This document shows positions 18,557-26,900 of a DNA stretch of 64,000 nt, in pieces (position 1 is the first letter of the stretch; every line of letters starts with the position of its first letter). The notes under the pieces were generated by a model. That model saw only the letters and a list, made by a program, of their open reading frames with translations. It made no database searches and was not told the DNA's origin. Made by a program: the position numbers and the translations under genes. The stretch is from NCBI GenBank assembly GCA_963803435.1, contig CAWDML010000007.1:160001-224000 (forward strand), in the 5' to 3' direction. The DNA comes from an uncultured delta proteobacterium. GTDB taxonomy: Bacteria; Myxococcota; Kuafuiibacteriia; Kuafuiibacteriales; Kuafuiibacteriaceae.

Positions 18557-19171
18557 TCAGCGCCCTCCCAGCCAGCGCGTCGCCCTGGTCGCGACGTCGG
18601 CGGGGTCGACTTTCCGGAAGGAGTGGTCGGCCCCGCCGAAGACCTCGATCGTGGCGCGCGGTCCGATCCGCTCGATCACACCCCGGAGGAGCGGGAGATC
18701 CGCGAGGTCGTCCCGATCGCCGGTGAGAAACAGCATCGGCACCTCGAGCCCGTACAGGTGCGCATCGCGAAGCTTCGTCTTCTGCTTGGGCGGGTGCAGC
18801 GGGTAGCTGAGGAACACCAGACCGTCCGCGCGATCGCCGTCCGCCACCAGCATCGAGGCGACCCGCCCGCCCATCGAGCGCCCGCCCAGGAACAAGCGGT
18901 CGGTCCCGGGAGACGCGGCCTTCAGCGCGGCCACGGTGGCCCGCGCCGAGTCGATCAGCTTCGGCATCCGGTCCGGCATCCGCTTTCCCTCGATGCGGTA
19001 GGCGAATCGAGCCCGCGCCGCACGCCCGCCCTGCGCGGCTACCGCAGCGGCGAGCGACACGACGTGGGGCTGATCGATGTCGCCGCCGGCGCCGTGCCAC
19101 AAGACGAGCAGCACGCCCGATAGCGGCCCCTCCCCATCCGGCGAATGCACCACCCAAGGCTCGCTCGTCAT
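18557..19171 (-). CDS. Alpha/beta hydrolase (KANL3/Tex30-like)
   Basis: HGAGG, GGRSMGG nucleophile elbow, YPLHPP, GDRD, GADHSF. Confidence 0.88.
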   Translation of the reverse strand: MTSEPWVVHSPDGEGPLSGVLLVLWHGAGGDIDQPHVVSLAAAVAAQGGRAARARFAYRIEGKRMPDRMPKLIDSARATVAALKAASPGTDRLFLGGRSMGGRVASMLVADGDRADGLVFLSYPLHPPKQKTKLRDAHLYGLEVPMLFLTGDRDDLADLPLLRGVIERIGPRATIEVFGGADHSFRKVDPADVATRATRWLGGR

Positions 19172-19202
19172 CGCGCTCTGCCCATACTATGCGGGGATCG
19201 AA

Positions 19203-20018
19203 GTGGCGATCGTGGAGCTCCAGCGTCCGCTCGGCCGCCACGCCGACGGCCAGATGTATCTCGGGTCGGTCCTCACCACCTCCGGTCGCCGCGGCGCGGT
19301 GATCCGGATCTTCCACCCCGACGCGGAGGCCGCCGCCGGCGAGCTCGAGGCCGTCGTCCGCCGGGCGCAGCATCCGGGCGTGGTGCGGATGATCGACGCG
19401 GGCCACGACCCTCGCTTCGGTCGCTTCCTCGCCTTCGACGCGGTCCGCGGCAGGACGCTCCTCGACCTCGTCGGGTTCCACTGGCCCCCCGACAGCTTCT
19501 CGCTGCACGTGATCCGCGAGCTCACGATCGCCCTGATCGCGATGCACGAGGCGGGCTTGGTCGTCCGCCACCTCTCACCCTCGACGATCCTGCTGACCGT
19601 GGACGGGCGCGTGCTCTTGCTCCCGCCGGGCGTGGCCGACACCGCGCTGGCATATCTGTCACCGGAGCAGATCCGCGGCGAGGCGCTCACGACGGCCAGC
19701 GATCTCTTCAACCTGGGCGTGGTGGCGGCCGAGCTCCTCACCCGCGCGCACCCGTTCGCGCGCCCCGGCGCCAGCGAGATCCAGCTCTTGCAAGCGATCA
19801 TCGCGGGCGTACACCCACCGTGGGGACCCGAGCTCTCCGCGCCGCTGGCGGAACGCCTCGACGCGCTCCTCGACCTCCACCCGGACCGGCGTCCAACCGC
19901 CGCACAGCTCTTCGGCCGGATGGCCGCCATCTGTCCGGATTTCCGCGAGCCCCGGAGCCGACGCCGATGTCGGCATTTGGTCGCTCAGGCCGTGACGACG
20001 GGCCGCTTCGGAGGGTGA
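19203..20018 (+). CDS. Degenerate Ser/Thr kinase-like protein (pseudokinase)
   Basis: HPGVV, YLSPEQIRG and SDLFNLG retained; HRD replaced by VRH, no DFG. GTG start inferred. Confidence 0.7.
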   Translation: MAIVELQRPLGRHADGQMYLGSVLTTSGRRGAVIRIFHPDAEAAAGELEAVVRRAQHPGVVRMIDAGHDPRFGRFLAFDAVRGRTLLDLVGFHWPPDSFSLHVIRELTIALIAMHEAGLVVRHLSPSTILLTVDGRVLLLPPGVADTALAYLSPEQIRGEALTTASDLFNLGVVAAELLTRAHPFARPGASEIQLLQAIIAGVHPPWGPELSAPLAERLDALLDLHPDRRPTAAQLFGRMAAICPDFREPRSRRRCRHLVAQAVTTGRFGG

Positions 20019-20080
20019 GTGCACTCACCGCGTTTCAGAGGGTTGCTTTGCACATCGGGCCGTCCGAATCTTACGGCTTG

Positions 20081-21184
20081 ATGCCGCTCTCCCACCTCCT
20101 CGGTCGAGGCGCCCTCGTCCTGCTCGCCGGCGCCGTGGCGCTCTCCGCAGGGTGCCGCAAGCGCGGCCTCAGCCGCGACACGGTCGAGAATCTGCCGCCG
20201 ATCGAGATCACCGAGTTCAACGTCGATGTCCGGCAGACGACCTGCAGCTTCGGTGTGGTCGAGGCCGCCAAGGCCGTGAAGCCGGCGCTCGAGAAAGAGC
20301 TGATGCGCCAGGGTTTCACGGTGGCGGCACAGGGTCAGGGGATCATGACCGCGAAGGGCAACGCGATGGTCGCCGGCTGCAAGGGCGACGGCGGCCTCGC
20401 GACCGTGACGCTGTCGGTCTTCGCGCACGACGGCCAGCGCCTGGCGCGTGCGACCCGCAAGGCCAAGCTCAACGGACACGACGAGGGGAGCGGGATCAAC
20501 TCGGCGACCGCAGCCGCCGAGGACGTGGTCACTCTGCTCGGTCGCTCCAAGCAGATCCGCAAGTACGCCTCCCAGGAGCATCCGGACCGGGGGACGGCGG
20601 TAGCGCTGAGAACCTCGACCAACGATCCACCCCCGCCCGACGAGCACGAGGACGATCCGCCGGCGCGGCCAGATCCGCCCCCGGTGGTGGATCCGCCCCA
20701 TGCTCCGCCCCCACCTGCGCAGACCGACGACGGAATCGACGCGCCGCCGCTCAACCCCGATTGGGTCGTCGCGGTGATGGACGTGAAGGATCTGAATGCC
20801 GGCAACAAGGGCGCGATCGGGCCCGATCTGATCCGAAACCTCGGCAGTCAGCTCCGGATCTTCATCGCTCAGCGCGGCGCGAAGACCGTCGATCAGAGCG
20901 CCCAGGACCTGGCGCTCCGCGATCAGATCAAGGAGATGAAGAACGAGAGCTACAAGACCTGCTACGACGACTCTTGTCAGATCGAGCTCGGCAAGGCCCT
21001 CGCCGCCAGCCACATTCTGCGCTCGCAGGTGACCCGATTCGGCAGCCGTTGCGTGCTCAACGCCGAGCTCTTCGACCTCCGCCGGGAGGTCACCATCGCC
21101 GCTTCGTCGTCGCGCGGAGACTGCGAACCCGAAGGCTTTCTCCGGATGAGCCAAGAGGTCGCGAACGGCTTGCGGGTGCAGTAA
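20081..21184 (+). CDS. Lipoprotein with Pro-rich linker and C-terminal DUF2380/CsgG-like domain
   Basis: Lipobox LSAGC; C-terminal VAVMDV..CYDDSCQIELGKALAASHIL..VTRFG. Confidence 0.6.
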   Translation: MPLSHLLGRGALVLLAGAVALSAGCRKRGLSRDTVENLPPIEITEFNVDVRQTTCSFGVVEAAKAVKPALEKELMRQGFTVAAQGQGIMTAKGNAMVAGCKGDGGLATVTLSVFAHDGQRLARATRKAKLNGHDEGSGINSATAAAEDVVTLLGRSKQIRKYASQEHPDRGTAVALRTSTNDPPPPDEHEDDPPARPDPPPVVDPPHAPPPPAQTDDGIDAPPLNPDWVVAVMDVKDLNAGNKGAIGPDLIRNLGSQLRIFIAQRGAKTVDQSAQDLALRDQIKEMKNESYKTCYDDSCQIELGKALAASHILRSQVTRFGSRCVLNAELFDLRREVTIAASSSRGDCEPEGFLRMSQEVANGLRVQ

Positions 21185-21262
21185 ATCAGCGCGTCTCAGT
21201 CCTGGTCTCCCCGGCAAGATCCGCTGGACGATCCCGGTGGATGACGATAGTTGCATCTGTCG

Positions 21263-22429
21263 ATGGTCGATCCCGTCGCGATCACCGCCTACTCGGCGTG
21301 CAACGGCCTCGGCCGGACCACCGGGGAGATCGTGCAAAAGCTCGCGCGGGGCGAGCACGGGCTGTCGCGCTGCCCGCTGGACGTGCCGTTCGAGACGGTC
21401 TGCGGCACGGTTCCGGGACCACAACCCCCACCGCCTTCGAAATATTCGACGTACGACTCCCGGGTCCTCCGTCTCGCGCTGATGGCCTTCGAGGAGATCG
21501 CGCCCGCCATCGACGCTGCGCGACGACGCCACGGTGATCGAAGGATCGGCGTGGTCCTGGCCACCAGCACCGGCGGGATCGAATCCACCGAGCTGGCCTA
21601 CTTCGCCTGGCGCAAGACCGGGCTGTTCCCGCCTGCCCACGACCTCCGCAAGCAACACCAGTTCTCGGCGTTCGCGGACGTCATCGCGGACCTCGGCGGC
21701 ATGGGCGGGCCCCGCTACGTGATCTCGACGGCCTGTTCCTCGAGCGGCAAGGCACTCGCGTCCGCGCAGCGCTTGCTGTGGAGCGGCTGGTGCGACGCAG
21801 TCCTAGTCGGTGGCGTCGATGCGCTCTGCTACACCACGGTCCGCGGCTTCCACAGCCTCGGTGTGCTGTCCCCGGTGCCGTGCCGTCCGTTCGCCGCCGA
21901 TCGGCCCGGGATGAACATCGGCGAGGGCGCCGCCTTTCTCCTCATCGAGCGCGACGGCCCCGGCCCGCGGGTGCTCGGGGTTGGCGAGAGCTCCGACGCC
22001 TTCCACATGTCGGCCCCCGATCCGGAGGGAAGCGGCGCGCGGATGGCGATGGAGCAGGCCCTCGCGCAAGCTGGCTTGCAGCCAGAGGACGTCGATCACG
22101 TGAATGCGCACGGCACCGGGACCGCGCGCAACGACACGGCCGAGGCCAAGGCGATCCACGCGGTGTTCGGATCCCGGGTCCCGGTGGTCTCCACGAAGGG
22201 CTACACGGGTCATACGCTCGGCGCCGGCGGTGCGACTGAGGCCGTGCTCTCGCTGATCGCGCTCGAGCAGGGCTGGATCCCCGCCAGCCTCGGCGGCAAC
22301 CCCGTCGATCCCGCCCTCTCGATCAACGTGATCCAGGAGCGGACCGAACGCCGTCTCAGGACCGTGCTCAGCAACTCCTTCGCCTTCGGCGGCAACAACG
22401 TCAGCGTGCTGCTCGGAGAAGCCCGGTGA
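21263..22429 (+). CDS. Beta-ketoacyl-ACP synthase (aryl polyene ApeO-type)
   Basis: STACSSSGK, NIGEGAA, NAHGTGT, KGYTGHTLG, SNSFAFGG. Confidence 0.9.
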   Translation: MVDPVAITAYSACNGLGRTTGEIVQKLARGEHGLSRCPLDVPFETVCGTVPGPQPPPPSKYSTYDSRVLRLALMAFEEIAPAIDAARRRHGDRRIGVVLATSTGGIESTELAYFAWRKTGLFPPAHDLRKQHQFSAFADVIADLGGMGGPRYVISTACSSSGKALASAQRLLWSGWCDAVLVGGVDALCYTTVRGFHSLGVLSPVPCRPFAADRPGMNIGEGAAFLLIERDGPGPRVLGVGESSDAFHMSAPDPEGSGARMAMEQALAQAGLQPEDVDHVNAHGTGTARNDTAEAKAIHAVFGSRVPVVSTKGYTGHTLGAGGATEAVLSLIALEQGWIPASLGGNPVDPALSINVIQERTERRLRTVLSNSFAFGGNNVSVLLGEAR

Positions 22430-23151
22430 TCTCGGCGTACGTCAAAGGGCTCGGCGTCTGGACGGGTGACCTGCCGCCGCCCTGCAAGATCGTCGACAGC
22501 CGTCTCGGTCGCGGCACCAGCCACGCCACGCGCATGGCGATCGATTGTGCGGCGCAGGCAAGTCAGCATGCCGGCTTCGACCTCACCCAGCTCGCCGCGG
22601 TGTTCGGATCGGCGCTCGGCGAGATCGAGATCGCGATCGAGCAACTCGCGATGATGCTCTCCGAGGAGGGCATCGTCTCGCCGGCGCGCTTCAAGAACAG
22701 CGTGCACAACACCGCCAGCGGGGTCCTCTCGATCGCCAGCAAGAACAGGGGCTTCACCAGCGCGATCGCGGCCGGCGATCACACGCTCCCCGCGACGTTG
22801 CTGGAGACGATGCTGTTGCTGGAGACCGGGAAGGCGACCCAGGCGATCGCCGTCGTCGCCGACGAGGCCACCCCCGAGCCGCTCCGGAGCGCCCGGCGCG
22901 ATAACGAGTACGCGGCGCTGGGAGCGGCGTTCGCGCTGGATCGCTCGCCGGAGCGTGCGCTGGCGAAGCTGACGCTCGCGCAGAACGCCGACGGTGAGCC
23001 GCTGTCGATCCCGACACCGTTCGAGTTCAACCCGTGCGCGGCGGGACTCGCGCTGCATGCCCTGGTCGAGGCGCACCAGAGCGGTACCTACGTCCTCTCC
23101 TCTCCCCCACTCGGGCAGGGTTGGTCGGTGAGACTCGAATGCAGTCGATGA
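22426..23151 (+). CDS. Ketosynthase chain-length-factor-like protein (ApeC-type)
   Basis: VFGSALGE..VSPARFKNSVHNTASG; no catalytic triad. Confidence 0.85.
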   Translation: MISAYVKGLGVWTGDLPPPCKIVDSRLGRGTSHATRMAIDCAAQASQHAGFDLTQLAAVFGSALGEIEIAIEQLAMMLSEEGIVSPARFKNSVHNTASGVLSIASKNRGFTSAIAAGDHTLPATLLETMLLLETGKATQAIAVVADEATPEPLRSARRDNEYAALGAAFALDRSPERALAKLTLAQNADGEPLSIPTPFEFNPCAAGLALHALVEAHQSGTYVLSSPPLGQGWSVRLECSR

Positions 23152-23597
23152 CCTCCCGGCAGCTCTCGATCTCGCCGATCGAGGAGGTCATCCCGCACTC
23201 GGGGCGGATGATCCTGCTCGATCGCATGGTGGCGATCGAAGAAGGGCGGCTCACCGCCGAGGTCGTGCTGCGCGCAGACTCCATGTTCGTTCGGAGCGGG
23301 CGCGCCCGGGCGATCGTGACCGTCGAGTACATGGCGCAGACCGTCGCGGCCTACGTGGGTACGCTCGCCCGCTCCCGCGGCGAGCCGGTCGAGATCGGGT
23401 TCCTGATCGGGATCCGCGAGCTGACGCTGGCGACCGGGACGCTCGAGGCCGGGGACGTCCTCGAGGTCGAAGCGCGGCACGTATGGGGCGACTCCAAGCT
23501 CGGCAGCTTCACGACCACGACGCGTAGAAACGGTGAGGTGATCGCGGACGCCACGCTCACCGTGTATCGCGGCGAGCTCCCTCCGGAGGGTCCATGA
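23148..23597 (+). CDS. Hotdog-fold 3-hydroxyacyl-ACP dehydratase (ApeP-type)
   Basis: IPHSGRMILLD..VEYMAQTVAA..GFLIGIR. Confidence 0.88.
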   Translation: MTSRQLSISPIEEVIPHSGRMILLDRMVAIEEGRLTAEVVLRADSMFVRSGRARAIVTVEYMAQTVAAYVGTLARSRGEPVEIGFLIGIRELTLATGTLEAGDVLEVEARHVWGDSKLGSFTTTTRRNGEVIADATLTVYRGELPPEGP

Positions 23598-24316
23598 AAC
23601 CGCTCGCGCTGATCACGGGCGCCAGCCGCGGCATCGGCGCCGCCATCGCCAAGAGGCTGGCGGCCGACGGCTTTCCGGTGCTCCTGAACTTCCGCAGCAA
23701 CGTGTCGTCCGCGGAGCAGGTGCGCAGCGAGATCGAGGCGGCGGGCGGTCGCGCCGAGCTCATGCCGTTCGACGTCAAGGATCGCGTCACCGTCACCGCC
23801 GTCCTCGAGACGAAGCTCGGCGAGGGCACCCCGATCGGGGTGGTCGTCAACAACGCGGGCGTGGCCAAGGACGGGCCGTTCCCAGCGATGAAGCACGAGG
23901 ACTGGGAAGAGGTCACCCGCACCACCCTCGACGGCTTCTTCAACGTCACCCGTCCGCTGGTGATGCCGATGGTGCGACAGAAGTGGGGCCGGATCGTCAA
24001 CATCTCCTCGGTCTCGGGCGTCATGGGCAATCGAGGGCAGACCAACTACTCGGCCGCCAAGGCCGGGCTGATCGGCGCCACGCGCTCGCTCTCCATCGAG
24101 GTGGCCAAGCGCGGCATCACGGTCAACGCGGTCGCTCCCGGACTGATCGAGACGGACATGATCTCCGGGGCACCGATCGAGGAGATTCTCAAGCTCGTTC
24201 CCATGCGCCGCCTCGGTCAGCCCGACGAGGTGGCATCACTGGTCGCCTTTCTGGTGAGCGACCAGGCCAGCTACATCACCGGACAGGTCATCGGCATCAA
24301 CGGAGGACTCGCATGA
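23594..24316 (+). CDS. fabG: 3-oxoacyl-ACP reductase (ApeQ-type)
   Basis: TGASRGIG, NNAG, YSAAK, ITGQVIGINGG. Confidence 0.92.
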   Translation: MKPLALITGASRGIGAAIAKRLAADGFPVLLNFRSNVSSAEQVRSEIEAAGGRAELMPFDVKDRVTVTAVLETKLGEGTPIGVVVNNAGVAKDGPFPAMKHEDWEEVTRTTLDGFFNVTRPLVMPMVRQKWGRIVNISSVSGVMGNRGQTNYSAAKAGLIGATRSLSIEVAKRGITVNAVAPGLIETDMISGAPIEEILKLVPMRRLGQPDEVASLVAFLVSDQASYITGQVIGINGGLA

Positions 24317-25540
24317 GCAACCGCGTGGTCATCACAGGAATCGGCTTCGCGAGCCCGATCGGACACGACCTCGACACGGTCTCGAGCGCGCTCACGAACG
24401 ATCGACACGGCATCGTCACGATGACCGACTGGGGCTTCGCGGATCAGCTGCAGACGCGCCTGGCCGGGAGGATCGACGATCTCGAGCTCGAGCGAGCTGG
24501 AACCGCAAGAAGGTGCGCACGATGGGCCGCGTTGCGCTGCTGGCCACGTTCGCCACCGAGCGGGCGATCGCAGAGCGCCGGCATCGGCGAGGACTACCTG
24601 GCCTCGGGCAAGGTGGGCCTCGCGTACGGATCCACCCACGGCTCCAGCACGGAGGTCGAGGACTACTGCGGCAAGCTGTTCCGCAACGGCAGCCTCAAGG
24701 GCCTCGCCTCGAGCGCCTACCTCAAGTTCATGAGCCACACCTGCGCCGCCAACCTGGCGCAGTTCTACGGCATCAAGGGGCGCGTCATCACCACCTGCGC
24801 GGCCTGCGTCAGCGCCAGCCAGGCGATCGGCTATGGCTACGAGGCCGTGAAGCACGGGATCATGGAGAGCATGGTCTGCGGCGGCGCCGAGGAGCTCCAC
24901 TTCATCCACGCGGGCGTGTTCGACATCATGTTCGCGACGTCCACCAAGTACAACGATCGGCCCGAGCTGAGCCCGCGGCCGTTCGACGAGGGACGCGACG
25001 GGCTGGTCGTCGCCGAGGGCGCCGGCACGCTGGTGCTCGAGAGCTACGAGCGCGCCAAGGCGCGGACGCACCCATCCTCGCCGAGGTCATCGGCTTCGGC
25101 ACCAACTGCGACGGCACGCACGTCACCTCGCCGTCGGTGCAGGGCATGACCGGCGCGATGCGGCTCGCGCTGGGCGACGCCGCCATGCCGCCGGAGGCGA
25201 TCGACTACATCAACGCGCACGCCACCGCGACCAACGTCGGCGACATCGCGGAGAGCCACGCGACCATGGAGGTGTTCGGCGACAAGACGCCGATCAGCTC
25301 CACCAAGGGCTTCACCGGCCACACGCTGGGCGCGTGCGGCGCGATCGAGCTGGCGTTCTGTATGGCGATGATGCGGGACGGCTTCCTCGCGCCGACCCGC
25401 AACCTCGAGGAGCTGGATCCCGAGTGCGCGGCGCTCGACTACATCAAGGGCCCTGCGCGCCAGGCCAAGCCGCGGATCTGATGAGCAACAACTTCGCGTT
25501 CGGCGGCATCAACACCTCGCTCATCATCAAGCACCCATGA
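24313..25540 (+). pseudogene. Beta-ketoacyl-ACP synthase II (ApeR/FabF-type) broken by four frameshifts; pseudogene or assembly error
   Basis: MSNRVVITGIG, CAACVS, NAHATAT, KGFTGHTLG and SNNFAFGG are spread over three frames, with shifts near 24490, 24572, 25063 and 25477. Confidence 0.85.
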
Positions 25541-26730
25541 CGCCGACCTACGACGTCCTGGTCGCGGGCGGTGGGCCCGCCGGCTCCACCGTCTCGGCGC
25601 TCCTCGCCCAGCAAGGGCACCGGGTCCTGGTCCTGGAGCGCGAGGTCTTCCCGCGCTTTCACATCGGGGAGTCGCTCCTCCCGGTGGGCCTCGGCGTGTT
25701 CGAGCGCCTGGGGTTCGAGCCGGCCGACTCCGGCACGTACCTCCGGAAGGACGGCGCCGAGTTTCACAACGAGCGCAACGGGCGCTCGGCCGTCTTCACC
25801 TTCGCCTGCGGGCTCGAGGGCACGCCGGGCCACGCATGGCAGGTCGAGCGCTCGAAGTTCGATCATGATCTCCTGAAGCGATCGATGTTCTACGGGGCAG
25901 AGGTCCATCAGGGCGAGAAGGTCGCCGACTGGTCGTTCGCCGAAGACCACGTCCGGATCGTGACGGATCACGGCGAGTACACCGGGCGCTACTTCATCGA
26001 CGCCACCGGACAGGACGCGATGCTGGCCCGCCGCCACCACACCGTCGATCCGATCAAGGGGTTCGGGATGGGCGCCGTGTTCTGTCACTTCGTCGGTCTC
26101 TCGGACGCGGTCCACGCCGAGCTGGCGGCGAGCGGCAACATCCGCGTGCTCCTGATCCCCGACGGCTGGATCTGGTCGATCCCGCTCCTCGATCACAAGC
26201 TCAGCGTCGGCGTCGTGCGCAACAAGAAGGGTGTCACGCCCGAGGTGCTCGACGAGGAGATCGCGAACAGCCCCATGATCCGTCGCCTCACGGAAGGCGC
26301 GACGCGCGCCGAGGCGCGGATGATCCGCAACTTCTCCTTCATCAACAGGAGCTCGCACGGCCCCCGCTGGGCGTGCATCGGAGACGCCGCCTGCTTCCTC
26401 GATCCCGTGTTCTCGTCCGGCGTCTCGCTGGCGTTGCTGTCGGGCGAGGCGATGGCCGACGTCCTCTCCGCCGCCCTCGCGAACGGCGAGGAGGCGTCCC
26501 CCGAGCTGGCCGCGGCCCTCAGCGCCCACATGCTCCGGGGCTATCGAACCTTCGGCTCGATCATCCAGTCCTTCTACGACACGAACATCGTCGAGAACCT
26601 CTTCTTCTACGAGGACCCGGAGGAGGACGCAAAGCGCGGGTTCGTCAGCATCCTGGCCGGCGACCTGTGGCGGACCGACAACCGCTTCCAGGAGGCGCTG
26701 ATCAACGGGCGCCGCGCCTGGCGTCCTTGA
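25537..26730 (+). CDS. FAD-dependent halogenase-like oxidoreductase
   Basis: GGGPAG, FPRFHIGESL, GWIWSIP (WxWxIP), GDAACFLDPVFSSG. Confidence 0.85.
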   Translation: MTPTYDVLVAGGGPAGSTVSALLAQQGHRVLVLEREVFPRFHIGESLLPVGLGVFERLGFEPADSGTYLRKDGAEFHNERNGRSAVFTFACGLEGTPGHAWQVERSKFDHDLLKRSMFYGAEVHQGEKVADWSFAEDHVRIVTDHGEYTGRYFIDATGQDAMLARRHHTVDPIKGFGMGAVFCHFVGLSDAVHAELAASGNIRVLLIPDGWIWSIPLLDHKLSVGVVRNKKGVTPEVLDEEIANSPMIRRLTEGATRAEARMIRNFSFINRSSHGPRWACIGDAACFLDPVFSSGVSLALLSGEAMADVLSAALANGEEASPELAAALSAHMLRGYRTFGSIIQSFYDTNIVENLFFYEDPEEDAKRGFVSILAGDLWRTDNRFQEALINGRRAWRP

Positions 26731-26900
26731 TTCGGGGTCCGGACCGACCGGTCTTGGAGCCAGCTCTTCGCCCAACTGTCGGTCAATGTGAGAGTTTGAC
26801 TTCATTGTCGTGCGATCTCGATCGCGCTGTAGTTCAATGTCAGATTTTGGATGTGGATGTACGCAACTGGACTGAACGTCGTCCGATATCCCTCGGCACC

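Noticed and set aside
24313-25540. Programmed frameshifting or phase variation in the ketosynthase
   Set aside because: No slippery heptamers or homopolymer tracts at the four shift points.
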